The notes beneath the pieces were generated by a model that searched no databases, was not told the origin of the DNA, and worked only from the letters and a program-made list of their open reading frames with translations. Both the position numbers and the translations under genes were made by a program. Positions 49,693 through 62,800 of a DNA stretch of 64,000 bases are shown piece after piece. How positions within the stretch are numbered: position 1 is the first letter of the stretch; each line of letters opens with the position of its first letter. Source of the DNA: Gnetum montanum (taxonomy: Eukaryota; Plantae; Gnetophyta); the NCBI GenBank assembly GCA_015680685.1, contig MNCI01003240.1:285468-349467 (forward strand), in the 5' to 3' direction.

Positions 49693-52581
49693 AAATGTAT
49701 GGAGTATGATTAGGCTTGATGAAATTTATGATTTAATTCCTATGGTAGCTAAACAAGTGAGGCAACAAAGCTCACTTAATACTTTCTTAATTTTTCTAGG
49801 AGTGAATATATTAAGAAACATGATGAAATTGGTTTTGGTTTTGTTGTTATGACAATAGTTGCTACTAACCATGATGATGTGTAGGTTGAACTTCCTACAG
49901 GTGTGCTAGGCTTAAAGAGGAAATTTTCCATTGTATTTAAGGGGGAATTAGATTCACTATCATTGATGGTGAATGTGGAGCATTAGATTAACTTCATTCT
50001 TGGTCCTATGATTTCAAATAAGAGACCTTACTAGATGGCACCAAATTAAAGGATTAAATTACAAAGACAAGTAGATGATTTTCTTGGAAATGGCTTCATG
50101 GGAAACTTTATTTTACCTTGTGTAATTCTACTAGTGCTAGTTCCAAAGAAGGAAAGAAATGAATGGATAATGTGAATTGATTCTAGGATAGTGAACAAGA
50201 TAATAGTAACATACAAGTTTTCTAATCCAAGAATGGATGTTATCCTTGATGTTCTTACTAATGTAGAGATTTTTAGCAAGATTGATTTGAAACGTGATTA
50301 CCATTATATCAAAATCAAGTGTAGTAATGAGTGGAAGATAGATTTCAAAACACCAGATGGTTTTTTGAGTGATTGATTATGCCATTTTGGCTCATGAATG
50401 CATCTACTACATTCATGATGTATTGAAGAACATAATTGGTAAGTGTTATATTGTCCTTTTTTATGATAATTTAATGTATAGCTCTAATGAGGAATAGTAC
50501 TTGGATTACTTAAGAATGGTGTATCTTAAGTTAGAGAAGGCATAGTTGGTAATCAATGTGAAGAAACATTATTTCTTTAAGAGGGAAATCATATATTTTG
50601 GGCATGTGGTTTTTAAAAATCACAGTTGCAAGCTACCATGGTGAAGGTTATTAGAAATTATGTAAGTCCTAGGAATGTTAAGTAGGTAAGATCATTCCTT
50701 AGTTTATCAAGTTTTATAGATGGTTCATGAAACATTTTAGTAGTATTAGAGGTGAATGCAAGTGGACTTGACATTAGTAGGGTACTTTCAAAAGAAGGTA
50801 GGCCTATTCATTTATTTTCAAAAAATTAAAGAAAAAAGTATGGCATATATGAGAATGAATTGTATGATATGCTTCAAGAAATCAAGCATTGGAGACATTA
50901 CTTGATATGTAAGGAGATAAATGTGATAATAGACCATAAAGCACTTTAATTTATAAACTTACAAAATAATTTAAGTGGAAAGCACATGAAGTGGATTGCA
51001 TAGTTATAGGAGTTTAATTTTGTCAACCAATATGGTAGTTGATGTGTTATCTAGGATGCTTGTGGTTAATTTCAACATACCCCATGTGGAAAGTATGGAT
51101 GATTTTGCTTCTTTGTATGACCATGATAATAATTTTGAATAGGTTTGAAGGAGCCTCAAAGAGCCATTGATGAGTAGGATAGACCAATGAAGTGACTATC
51201 ATATTAAAGAAGAACTTATTTAAGAATGGAAATGTATGTATTCCTAACTATGATTTTAGGAAAAGTATCATATTAGAAAAGTAGCATAGTGGCATGACAG
51301 GTCACTTGGATAAGGGCATAACATTGGAACTTATGAGTAAGCACTATTTTTGGCTTGGTATAGTAATAAAAGTTTCAAAATTTATGAAGTGCTTGACATG
51401 TTAGAAGTTCAAAGGAGGTAAATGTGTAGATGGATACTATATGCCTTTGCCAATTCCCAAAGGTCCATCGAAACGTGTGTCTATGGATTTGTTGAGTGGT
51501 ATTCTAGAGACTAAGAGTGGGAATGATGTAATTTTTATTGTTGTTAATAACTTCTCCAAGATGGCACATGTTCATGCAAGAAGAAAAGTGATACTTCTCA
51601 TGTTGCAAATTTTATTTTCCAGCATGTTTGTGAAGTTGCATGGTAATCCTTTAAATATTGTTAGTGATAGAGAATCCAAGTTTAAAATTCACTTATAGAG
51701 ATCCCTTTGGAAAATTTTAGGGATAAATTTGAATTTTTCTAATGTATATCATCCATAATATAATGGCCAAATGGAGGTGCTAAATCAATCCTTGCCAACC
51801 ATATTGAGATGTTTATGTGATGGATAGCTAAATAGGTGAGAGAACTTGCTGTGTCATGTTGAGTTTTCATATAATAATGTATAATAATGCTTTTCATGTT
51901 GCTATTGGAAAAATCCCATTTAACGTAAACTATGGGTTTTGTCCAAAGATGATGGACACTTGGAAGATCTTTGATGGTAAAGCTCAACTTAGTGCTAATT
52001 TTGTGCAAGAGATGAGGAATCTTCATGCAGATGTAAAATAAAATCTACAGAAGAAGGATAAAGAGAAAGTTCTCAAGAGAAATGAGAACAAATGAAAGTC
52101 TAATTTTTATTTTGGTAACTTGGTTTATGTGCACTTGAAGAAGAAGAAATTAATAAGTGTTAACTTCTCCAAATTGAAAGCCAAGAAGCTAGGACATTTC
52201 AAAATCAAGGCTAAGATCAAAGATAATTCTTTTGATATTGATATACCAAATGATGGTGATATGTATTTTATGTTTAATATTTCAAATCTCATGCACGATC
52301 ATGGACTAGTTGATGAGGAGATCATATAAGATATAATTGATGAGTTTAAGGGGGCTATTAATCAATCCAAGTCTTTAATGGAGAAGAAGTTAATCATATT
52401 CAAGCAAAGGGAAGCTTCAAGCACTCAAGAAGTCAAGAGGCATAAATATTTGATCCATTGGGAGGATTATTCCATTGATGATGCTATATGGATCCACGAG
52501 ACAAAACCTCATGAGTGGGCGAATCAGTTCAACCCCTATTCCCCTATTCACTTGAGTTCACTTTTGAAGGGGGAAAGCTGA
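49693..52581 (+). pseudogene. pol: pol of D: RT, RNase H, integrase, chromodomain
   Basis: LVPKK; FSKIDLKRDYHYIKI..NEWKIDFKT (RT); IKHWRHYL (RH); PLPIP..VSMD, IVSDRESKF, KLKAKKLGHFKI (INT); KYLIHWEDYSIDDAIWI (chromodomain). Confidence 0.88.
52566..52578 (+). promoter_or_regulatory. PPT of D
   Basis: GAAGGGGGAAAGC before TGATG. Confidence 0.82.
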
Positions 52582-52892
52582 TGTACAAAAGCCTCTTCTG
52601 ATCCCTTTTTTCTTCCCTATATGCATGTTTTACAATTTTTGGTCTTGAAGAAGATTTCTTGGAGGAAAATAAGATGTCTTAGCAAAGGCCTAGGATTGGT
52701 AGGGAATGTTAGAAGATGAGAGAAGATGTCTTGCTATTTTGGTAGTCATCTCAGTCAAGACATCTTGTTTTAGAAGAAGACATCTTAGGGGAGACATCTC
52801 TCCTGAGTGCAAAACTTATTGGGAAAGATGTATTGCCTATGTATGAAACATCTTGGCCTTGGAGAAGACATCTTGCAAAAATAGTAGAAATT
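52579..52892 (+). repeat. 5' part of the 3' LTR of D, interrupted by E
   Basis: Aligns with 19898-20230. Confidence 0.8.
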
Positions 52893-54466
52893 TTTAGTGA
52901 CTAAAAATGTTGGTGGTTGGAACACTAAGGGGTCCATGGGCAAATAGTCCTAACCCTGAGTCTGCATGAGGGCTTGTTGGAGGTAGAGACAAGGTGCCCA
53001 AAATAGTCTTATCAATAAAATACGGACTTGAAAAATGCAATGCCAAATGATGCTAAGTATTCATGTGGTATTTATAGTGTTAGTGGTATGAACGAGGGTG
53101 AGCATAGTCAAGGGTTTTTGGTGCAAAATAAAGGTGTCAATGCATGACAGTGCATGAGAGTAATAGAAAATGTAGGTAAAATGCTAGTAAAACATGCTGA
53201 AAATGCATAGAAAGAGAACGAGAAAGAATTGGACACCACCCCAAATGGGGTTGAGTGAACTTCCAAAGGGATGAGAAGGTATGTAGTGTTCTATGATGGC
53301 TACTGTGATGTGAAACCTTGCCAAATGCTACCTCAAAATTTGCCAATGCCTTGACTTGCCAAAATGCCAAATGCACTCCAAATTTTCTCACCTTGCTTCA
53401 AGTTTTCCAATCACAAAAATGTAGAGGGTTGGGGTATTTATAGAACTAGGGTTAGCATGAAATGCAGATCAATTGCCACATGGCAGTGGGACAGTTGGGA
53501 CTAAACTACACCCAACTATGCTCTCCACTGAGGCAAGTGATGTTATATTTTGTTCTATTCTACTGGACTTTGTGAGACTATGAGACCATGAATATGCTAC
53601 CGACTACATGTGCATGTGCTATGAGGAGTACAATGTACCAAAAAAATGCAACTTTGGAGACTACACAATGGGACTATGTTGTCCACTATCTAGAGTGGGG
53701 TTGAGCACACTTACAATTTGGGGACAAAAAGGGGTATAACAAAGATGTATTTTTGCTAACTATGCTTGTTGGATGTGCGTTGGAGCTAAGATAAATGTTG
53801 GTGTTGTGTTATGGAGGCTATTAAAGGTTGTTCTAGCAAACTATGCTTGACTACACTTTGGATTGGGAGAGAGCGTAGTCCAACACATTTTTTAGGAAAG
53901 TGCATGTGTGTTAACTACACTCAACATGGGAGGTTGACTACACTCCCAACTGGGGTTGAGTGTAGTCCCAACACTTGGAAAATTTTTGCAAAATTTGGCT
54001 TCTAGTCAAGTATGCTTGACTACGCTCTAGGGTAGTGGAAAGCGCAGTCTCAATAGTTAGAAAAAAATTGCCAAAACTAGGCCTTCATGATGAATACACT
54101 TGACTATGCTCTAGGGAAATGGAGAGCATAGTCTTAGAACTTAAAAAAATTTGTAGCTAGTAGCTAGACACTTAGAAGAAAAATTTATAAAATTGGCCTT
54201 TGGTGTTGACCACACTCTTTATTGAGCTAACTACACTCTAGGGTAGTGAAGAGCATAGTCTCAGTAGTTAGAAAATTTTGCAACTTCTTGCTTTATGATG
54301 ATACTTTGGTAAAATTGCAAAGAATCAATTTTTAGAGTTGACTATGCCTTGGGGTAGTAGAGAGCATAGTCCTAGCACTTAGAAAAATTTGCAAAAAGTG
54401 ACCTCGTGTTGACACTTAGAAAAATTTGTAGTCAAGATGCAGTAGCCCAAATTCGGTCATGTTTCA
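52893..54466 (-). repeat. 3' LTR of E
   Basis: Terminus homologous to A/B LTR ends; minus-strand TATA at ~53434-53443; hairpin array at 53840-54400. Confidence 0.85.
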
Positions 54467-55554
54467 TTGGCCTCTCTTTGTTGACATTTAGAGGAGTGGC
54501 CTAATAGATGTTAATAAATAATGACAAAACACCACAACAAGCTTAGCACCAAAATCACTCTTCCATGTATGGTTGGATGTTGCTACACTGTGCTTAAGAG
54601 TGCTATGAATGGAAGTATGCTAGAAGTAATAGGTGTAGGTAATTTGCAAGGGATAAAAAGTGGAGATGAAGTGCAAATAGGATGTCATGATGCAAGATGC
54701 AGAGTTAGCACAACTGATGGTGACAATGGCACTAGGGTGGCTTGCCCCTGAAATGTTGACCTCTCTTAGAGTGCTCATGAGAGAGTCAATGTGGATTTAG
54801 TGCTAGATTGGTTGCAAAATTGCAACTCTACTAATATGCTTGTAGGATAAGCTTTTTTTCCTTTGCCCTATTTTTTTTGTTTTTTCTTTTTTGCTATGAG
54901 GTGAACCTTCTTTAGGTTCTACACATTGCTTAATGCTAACTGTGGGATGCTTACCATTAATTAAACTATGAGCCACCAGATGGACCTTTCTTTGATGCTT
55001 GCCAAACCATGTCACATCTGTAGGATAGATTTTTCCTCCCCAAGATAACTTTTGTTACATCTGCCTAGGCTTTGACTAGCCAACAGAGGCTTCCCATTGG
55101 ACAATTGATGTTATGTCCACCTTGGGTTCTATAGTTTGGCTTATAGAGGATGTCATGTGGTTACAACACATATGTGTTAGAGGGGTTTGTAGTTTTGACT
55201 ATACGAGGGAATGCAAGAGTATCAAGACATAGGGATGGATGTAGGTAGGCCATAACAGGGTAGTAGGGATGTGCATTCTTGAGGGGCTTAGCTAGTCCAA
55301 TCATGCACACTGAAGCAATGTGCTAACTTACTGCTACAATGAGATGTACCTTTGCATGACTGCCTTTGGGCTTTGTCCTACAAACACAACTCTAAGAAGA
55401 TAAGAAGACCACAAAACACATAATGAAAATAAAATTTCAAGGGAAATGATGTCACAAGTGCTCCAAAGGCTGAAGCGATGGCAAATGTTTGAAAGACTAG
55501 CAAAATGCTTAGTGACGATAATGTTGAAAATGCTATGTGTGACTAATGACAAAC

Positions 55555-55830
55555 CCAGTTTAAGATCTTGGTAGATTTTGATGTGCTAGTTTATAGTCAT
55601 AGAAAATTTTTCTACTAGTTTAGTATCATAGTGGATGATTTGTGCTAGTTTATAATCATAGTAGATTGCTATGCCAGTTTAGCATTGTAGTAGACAATCT
55701 ATTATGCAAGTTTAACATTGTAACCTAAGGACGAGCTGTGCCAGTTTAGCGTCATGGTGTATGAGAGGTTTGTGCGCTAGTTTAACATCATAGTAAATGA
55801 TTGCTATACTAGTTTAACATCATAGTGGAT
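55555..55830 (-). repeat. TTAAACTAGCA-core array after integrase of E
   Basis: About 9 copies of tgcYagtttaRYRtcatag. Confidence 0.85.
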
Positions 55831-55869
55831 AAATGCTTACCTTATGAATTAACATGCGACACTACATGT

Positions 55870-58800
55870 TAGGTGTAGTATAGCTTTAGGTACAAATGGT
55901 TTATTAGATTGGCAAACTCATTGTTTTCTTGATTAGTAAGCTTAAATTCTCTATTGTCGTAGGCCTTAGTAACCAATAAAGGCCCTTCCCAATTGGTTGA
56001 GAATTTGTCCATGAATTCATGAATGGCCTTGAGGACTAGGCTACCTTTCTTGATCAGGCATTAATGCTAGTTGTAATGGTGTTTTTTTCATTACTTTTCT
56101 TGATACCATTTAATACAATCCAGTGTTTGCATGCACTCATCCTCTATTGAGTCAAGGTTTATGATTCTCAACTTTTTGTTCTCACCTTCATCAATGAAGT
56201 TTGAGAGGATCACCTAGAGTGAAGGAACTTGCTATTCAAGGTGGAAAGTTACTTCAAACCTATAAATAGGACTATAAGTGGTCTTACCTATTGCTATTTA
56301 GCATGTTGTGCAGTAGGCCTAAAGTGTGTAGACTAGTTGCTCGTGCAATCATCATTTGTTATTTCTTAGCATATTCTTGAGAATATTGATGATGAATTTG
56401 TTAGTGACCTTCTATTGGCCATTCACTTGAGGGTAGTATGGTGATGAAAAGGAATTTTTGATGCCAAATTACTTACAAAAGGCTTTAGTTTCTACACTAC
56501 TAAATTGTGGCTCGTTGTTTGTTATGATGATCATGAATAAGCCAAAATAGGTTACTATGTTATAAAGCACAAATTTGCAAACTTGTTGCAATGTTTTCTT
56601 CCTAAGTGGAATAGCCCTAGTCTACTTGGTAAAATACTTAGTTGTGATTATTATGAAGCTATGCCCTATAGAGGATTTAGGCATTATAGATCTAATGATG
56701 TCCAAGATCCAACATTGGAACAACCATGTGATCTACATTATGTGCAATTTAGTCAATGGCACATGAATTAAGTCACCATGCCATTGACATAGATCACATT
56801 TTTTGACCTTCAAGATGTAATTGCACTCCATGTAAGGCCAATAACAGCCTAACCATCTAACTTTTGTTGCCATGGCCCTAGGTGCTATGTGACATTCACA
56901 CAGTTCCTCATGGACTTGTTCAAAAATTGTTTGCACTTCGTTGTTGCTTATGTAGGTTAGCAGTATGCCATTATAGGGCCTATCACATAATGTGTTATCA
57001 TCCACGATGATGTACTATTATGAACATTTATGCACTGTGTCTTTTTGGGTAGCAGTTAAATGTTTTAGAGGCTCACCCTATAGAAGGTACACCTTGAAGT
57101 CATCACACCACTCTCCTACGTGGGTTGTGCTTACTGTGACTACGGATGCAATGTCAGTGATTTGCATGATAGGCATAGTGAAATCCACCACCAAGGTGGG
57201 AAATTCGTGGAACATGTCAGGGCGATGCTTAGGGCTAATTTTTCTAGTGCATTGGCTATGGAATTTTTATTTTAGGGAATGTGTTGGACATCTACTATTA
57301 TAATGTGTTGAAGCAAGTGCTTTGCCAAGTCATAGTAAGGTTGTAAATGTTGAACCTTATAGATGTAAAACTCTATCACCTAGTTGACTACTAATTGTGA
57401 GTTGCCTCAAATTGCTAGCTGTTAGATCCCTAGGTCATGTGCTACAGGGATACCTTGAAGGAGACCTTCGTACTTTACCAAGTTATTAGTACAAGGAAAT
57501 GCAAAATAATATGCGAAGGATTAGATCTCCCTAGAGGGAAATGTGACAATGACAAGGGCACCACCCCCTCAGGAGGTTGAAGCTCCATCGAAATGCAAGA
57601 GTGCCTCATAATTATCAGGCAATTTACTAACACTGTTAACATGCTCATCTAGGAATGCCAAGTCTATAGTTGCTTGATCATTTATGGGTAAATCTATGAG
57701 TTGTGCAGCTATAACTTGACTTTGGTCGAGGCTTGTAAAAAATAGTGTAGGTCAAACTCTGCTATTATTGCTTTCCATCATGCAATATGACTACTCTCAT
57801 AGATGTTCGCTATGATTGCTCAAAGTACAGTATTTTTGTAAATGATATTGACTTAAACTGCAAAAAGGTAATGCCTCCACTTCTTGAGTGAGAAGACTAA
57901 GGTGATGTAGTGCTTTTTTACATCATTGTATTTTGCTTCATGGGCTACTAATGCATGGCTCAAGTAGTAAGTTAGGACCTCTGTGGCATTATCTCACTTT
58001 TGGAAAGTAGAGAAGTGATGGATGTGTCAAAAGTAGCAAGGTAGATTTAAAAAGGTTTATCTCCTTGCAAAGGGTGAACCATAGGAATTAAATTAGCTTT
58101 TTCTTAAGGTTGTTAAATTCTTGTTCTCATTGATATGTCCACTCAAAGTGGACTCTTTTCTTGAGCAAATATTTCATTGGTTATAACTTGTTGGTTAGTC
58201 ATGCGATGAACCTACATATAAATTGTAGTCTACCTTGCAACCCTTGTAGCTCCTTGAGGATGGCTGGGGATGCTAAGTTGGTTATGGCCTTAACCTTGTT
58301 GGGGTCTGTGCATATTCCTTCTTTGGAGACTAAAAAATTAAGCATCTATTCCATTCTGACATTAAAAACACACTCCTTAGGGTTCAACCTAAGATTTTGT
58401 TTCAGAAAACATTTAAGCACTACATCTAGATCATTTACATGATTGTTAGCTGCTTTGGAGTTAGCGATAATGTCATCGATGTAGTTATTGAGCAATATTA
58501 ACATGTAATTGCTAATGATGTATATGATTGCACATTGATGCATTGGCCTTGCATTCTTGAGTTCAAAGGGCATCATGATATAGCAAAACATACCCTAGGG
58601 AGACATGAAGGTTATGTTGAGTTGGTGCTTAAGGTTGATTCTAATTTGGTTGTAGCCCAAGAACCCATCCATGAAGGATAATAAGGCATGTCCAGCCACG
58701 GTATCGCTTAGTTGATCGATCTAGGCAATAGGAAGTCATCTTTAATGGTTTCCTTGTTTAGGTCTCAAAAGTCTATGAAAATGCATATACTTCCATTTTT

Positions 58801-59356
58801 CTTGGGCACAACTATGATGTTGGAGACCTAGTTTGCATAGTCAATGACTCAAATGAAAATAGCTTTGTAAAGCTTGGTAATTTCATTATGAATGACCAAA
58901 TCCACCTCAAGTCTAACCTTGCACACCTTCTATTTTACTAGTTTAATGTAGGGATTGAGAATGATATTGTGTTTGACTAGCCAAGGATCTAGGCCTAGCA
59001 TGTCCTTATATGAGCATGTGAATGTCTTAATGTTGTTGTTTAGCATCTTAGCAATGTCTTGGGCATGCTAGAGATCTAACAAGGAGCTTAGTTTTAGTGT
59101 TTTTGCCTTGCCATTGGGGGTTGTTATAGGAATCTCAATGAAGGGATCCTCTATGACATCCCCCGACTCTAGATCAAGAGCCTTAAATAGATAGTTAGGC
59201 CAATCTAGTGCTGCCTCTATGGATGCTATGTATTTGGCATAGGTTGTAGACTTAAGGTCTAGGCAATGTGGGGTCAATTCATTGCTTTGTATTACCATGA
59301 GGCACAGTGAGGACCAAAGGTGAGAGAAGCTACTCATGCATGGCCATGTCATGTTC
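55870..59356 (-). pseudogene. pol: pol of E (RT, RH, aRH, INT)
   Basis: ORFs 58346-58591 (MMPFELKN, YIDDI), 56733-57005 (H..C, CDLCQ integrase zinc finger) and 59068-59352 (homologous to A 10199-10612). Confidence 0.9.
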
Positions 59357-59841
59357 CTACAAAATGAACTGGAAAAAAATTAAGTAGCACTTGTCTTAAC
59401 CAAGTTAAGATGCAAAAATGAATAAAAAGTAATGTGATGAAAATTTTTCTAAGTATGCATAAAGGCTATATAGAGAGATAAGCATGTGTGTGCTAGTTTT
59501 AGGCCTTGGTAGGTCACGCATGCCAGTTTTAGGTCTTATCAGACTATAGTCATGTTAGATGTGCCATTTTTGGGAAGGCTAGCCATGCTTTAGAAGTAGC
59601 ATTGGCTCAAGCATTCACTACATGACGAAAAATTGAAAATTTTGGCTAAGTGTAAGTGACTACGCTCTCACCCAAAAGTTGAAAATTTTGACTAAGTGTA
59701 GACCATAGTCCCAAGTTGGTGGGTCATTAAATGACCCAAAGAGTATATATAGGTGCATTTTTCTCTAGGTAAGTTATCATTTTCAAGTTTTCAAATGCAA
59801 AGTTCAAAGCATATTCTTGCTATTGTTATTGTGTGCTACCA

Positions 59842-62800
59842 ATGGAGAGTGTAGTTGAAGCAAGATGATGAGTTGAAGTGGATGCTTGCACCTAGGACTG
59901 GCAAACATGGATGATCAAGAATGAGCACTTGGCCACCTATGACACATGCATGTGGAGGAGAGGAGGTTGTTGGTGTCTGCCAAGTATCCCGACTACACTC
60001 TCCCCTTACTTTGTTTCTTCAGTATGTTTGTTCTTGTCTTTATGAGGGTTTGGAGCATAGGCTTTGTGGTGTGCCCTACCATGGCAGGGACACCACTGCT
60101 ACTTGTTGTTTTAGCACAATGTAGTGATGGCAAGGAGGGTTTGCATAGTTGTAGAGGATTTTGGTCACCTTTTTCTAGAAAATTTTGAATGGGATTCTAT
60201 TGAGGTTTTAAAGGCACAACCACAACCACTGCCAATGGAACTGCAAGACGGGATGAAAGCTTGTCACAAGGGGCAGGGGGTGCATTGGCCAAGGGGCAAC
60301 CTACATGGATTAGGATTTTGGTAGTAACTAGGGGTTGCCCATTATGAGGTAAAGGGTGCAGTGGGCTTTGCCAAAAAAGGTTTTTTTCTTGATTTTTGGA
60401 TTGCGAAATTGGGCAAAGTTTAGGCACACCGCTAAGGCCATGGGCTGACTACAACTCACAGCATGGTGGTAAGGACTACAGGGGTGATTGTGCCCTATAG
60501 TGTAGTTGTAGGTGTAGCAAGGATGCTTGGTGACAATGCATTTTCTATTTTTTTTCTTTTAAAAATTTTTTGTGTGAGGTTTGGGGCAACAATGACGAAG
60601 GAGGGGGAGAGGGCACTCAACACCAAGGTGAGTTTTTGTATTTTGTCTTTTTGTTTTAGAGAATTTTTTAAGTGGTAGCAATGGGGTAGGATGTATCAAG
60701 GCATGATAGACATGATGCATGACACCAAAGTAGGGTGTGGCATGCAGGGCATAGTGGGATGGGTCGCGCTACACTACGATAGGGGCATGATGCATAGAGC
60801 ATGGTTGGGAAGTATGCAGAGAGCATTGGGGCGATGGCCAATACTTTGCTTCCTACTACTGTAGCCAAGACTACACTTCCCACACCTTGGAGGCTTAGTT
60901 GATGCCAATTTTTTGACAAAATGATAGCCCCAAAAGTTAGTTTTTAGGGACTACACTCTATAGAGAGCATGGTTAGGAGTTAGAAAAATTTGTACTTCTA
61001 GACTATGCTCTCCATGAAGGTATTCCAAAGTTTAAAAAATCTTGAAAATTTTGGACTACACTCACCATTGCAATAGTTTGAAGTTAGAAAAAAATTGGGA
61101 TTTTTGGACTATGCTCTCCATAGAGGTAGTCCAAAGTTAGAAAAAATTTGCTAAAATTTTGCAAACTATGCATAATGTTAAACTTGCAAAATGTAATGAT
61201 GCTATTCTTGAAAACTATAACAATGCTAAACCTATGGAAATATGCTAATGCTAAACCTATGAAACCAATGAAAAAAAATGCTAATCCTATGCAAATGTGC
61301 TATACCTTAGTGAATACAAAGTGTGTCAACTAAGTTGGCTAATGTCCTATACCTGTGGGGCCCCAAAGGGTATTTCCAAAATTAAAAAATTTTGTTAGTT
61401 TATGTTGTATTATTTTAATTTTGCTAATTGATTTTAATTATTTAATGCCAAATTTTGCATCTATGTGTGTATACTAACACTTCTCTTGTTGCCTATCGGT
61501 TGTAGGGTGCTTTTGAAACCTATCTTCATCATTGTGGAGCTTGTGGGTATCTTGTGCTACATGAGCAAGCCTGTTCCTAACATGCCTACATTAGATATGT
61601 GGGTGGCTGATTAGGTGGTGTGGTTCCAAATAGGGGCTCATGATTTCCTAGAGTACCTATTACAATAGTTTAATATGATCATGTGGTCACACTTAGGGGT
61701 GGAGGTTGCTAGCACTATCATTGAGATGTTACTGCCTAAGGCTAACCAGGACATCTTGAGGTTCATCTCAAATGAGCCTAATACTAGTGGTGATGGGGTA
61801 GGTGATTCAAGAAAAGGTCCTAGGAGCACTTAGTACATATCTAGAATATGGTGCATGAGAGGGTTCAATTGCTACAATAAGAGCAGGACCCTTTTTGTCA
61901 TGCTACGAGTGCACACCTTGTTCCAGAATCCACCTGGAACTGTCTACTATGCTAGACGATAAGTACTTTTGTTTTCAAAACTTGTTTCTTGCTACTTGAC
62001 CATGTCACATTGTTAATTGGTCATGCTTAATGCCAAGTTCAAAGTTGATAAGGAGGGCCTACATGATGAGTTTGATGCTCTAGCCTTGAGTCGTATTGCC
62101 TTGGTGGTGTTCTCTTCTAGCTTAAATTTTTGGGTAGTCATACTTGAGTAGGTGGGATTTGATTTGAAGGTCTATCCCACCTAATACTCGAGGGCATATG
62201 AGCAGTGTAGGATCCACGGCTAGTTGGATGAGGATTGGGCCACTAGTGTGATTAACACTAAGGAGATGCTTGCAGCGCTAACCCCATTTCACACCCCATT
62301 TGTGCCATGTATGCATCCAAGCCTTAGCTCATGTTCTTGCTCATGTATTCCTATTATTTTTCCTTTTTCATGATGCTAAAATTATTTTTCCTTCATTGTA
62401 GCAACAATTACTTCAAGCGAGGTGATGGTGGTCACCACAAGCCATACAAAGGCCACCCTTATCATGAAGTATGGCAATATGGAGGGTGCACAACACTAGC
62501 TATTCCATAAGGCCTTAGATGCACTAATATCTAGGCTCATGCATGAAAGGTTGATGGACCTATTTTTTTCCCTTAGTTCAAGAATCTCGATGGAAAAAAT
62601 GATCACCATGATTGATTCTTTTAGCGGTGACGTCAAGCAGTTTGTCACTTGAGTGTGCAGTGTGACAGTGGTGCTTGACCTCAGCAAGGCATTTTCTTCC
62701 AACCTCTTTATCCTCCCCACTAATGGCCCAATGATTGTTGATAAGGACAACAAGTAGGTGGACCATAGAGAAGAGATCAAGAACTTTTTGGGAACCATCC

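Larger units (their letters stand above)
19898..52892 (+). mobile_element. Element D: CRM-like chromovirus (Ty3/Gypsy), split by B/C; 3' LTR interrupted by E
   Basis: LTR pair 19898-20230 vs 52579-52890; iMet PBS; gag-PR left of B; RT-RH-INT-chromodomain right of B. Confidence 0.85.
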
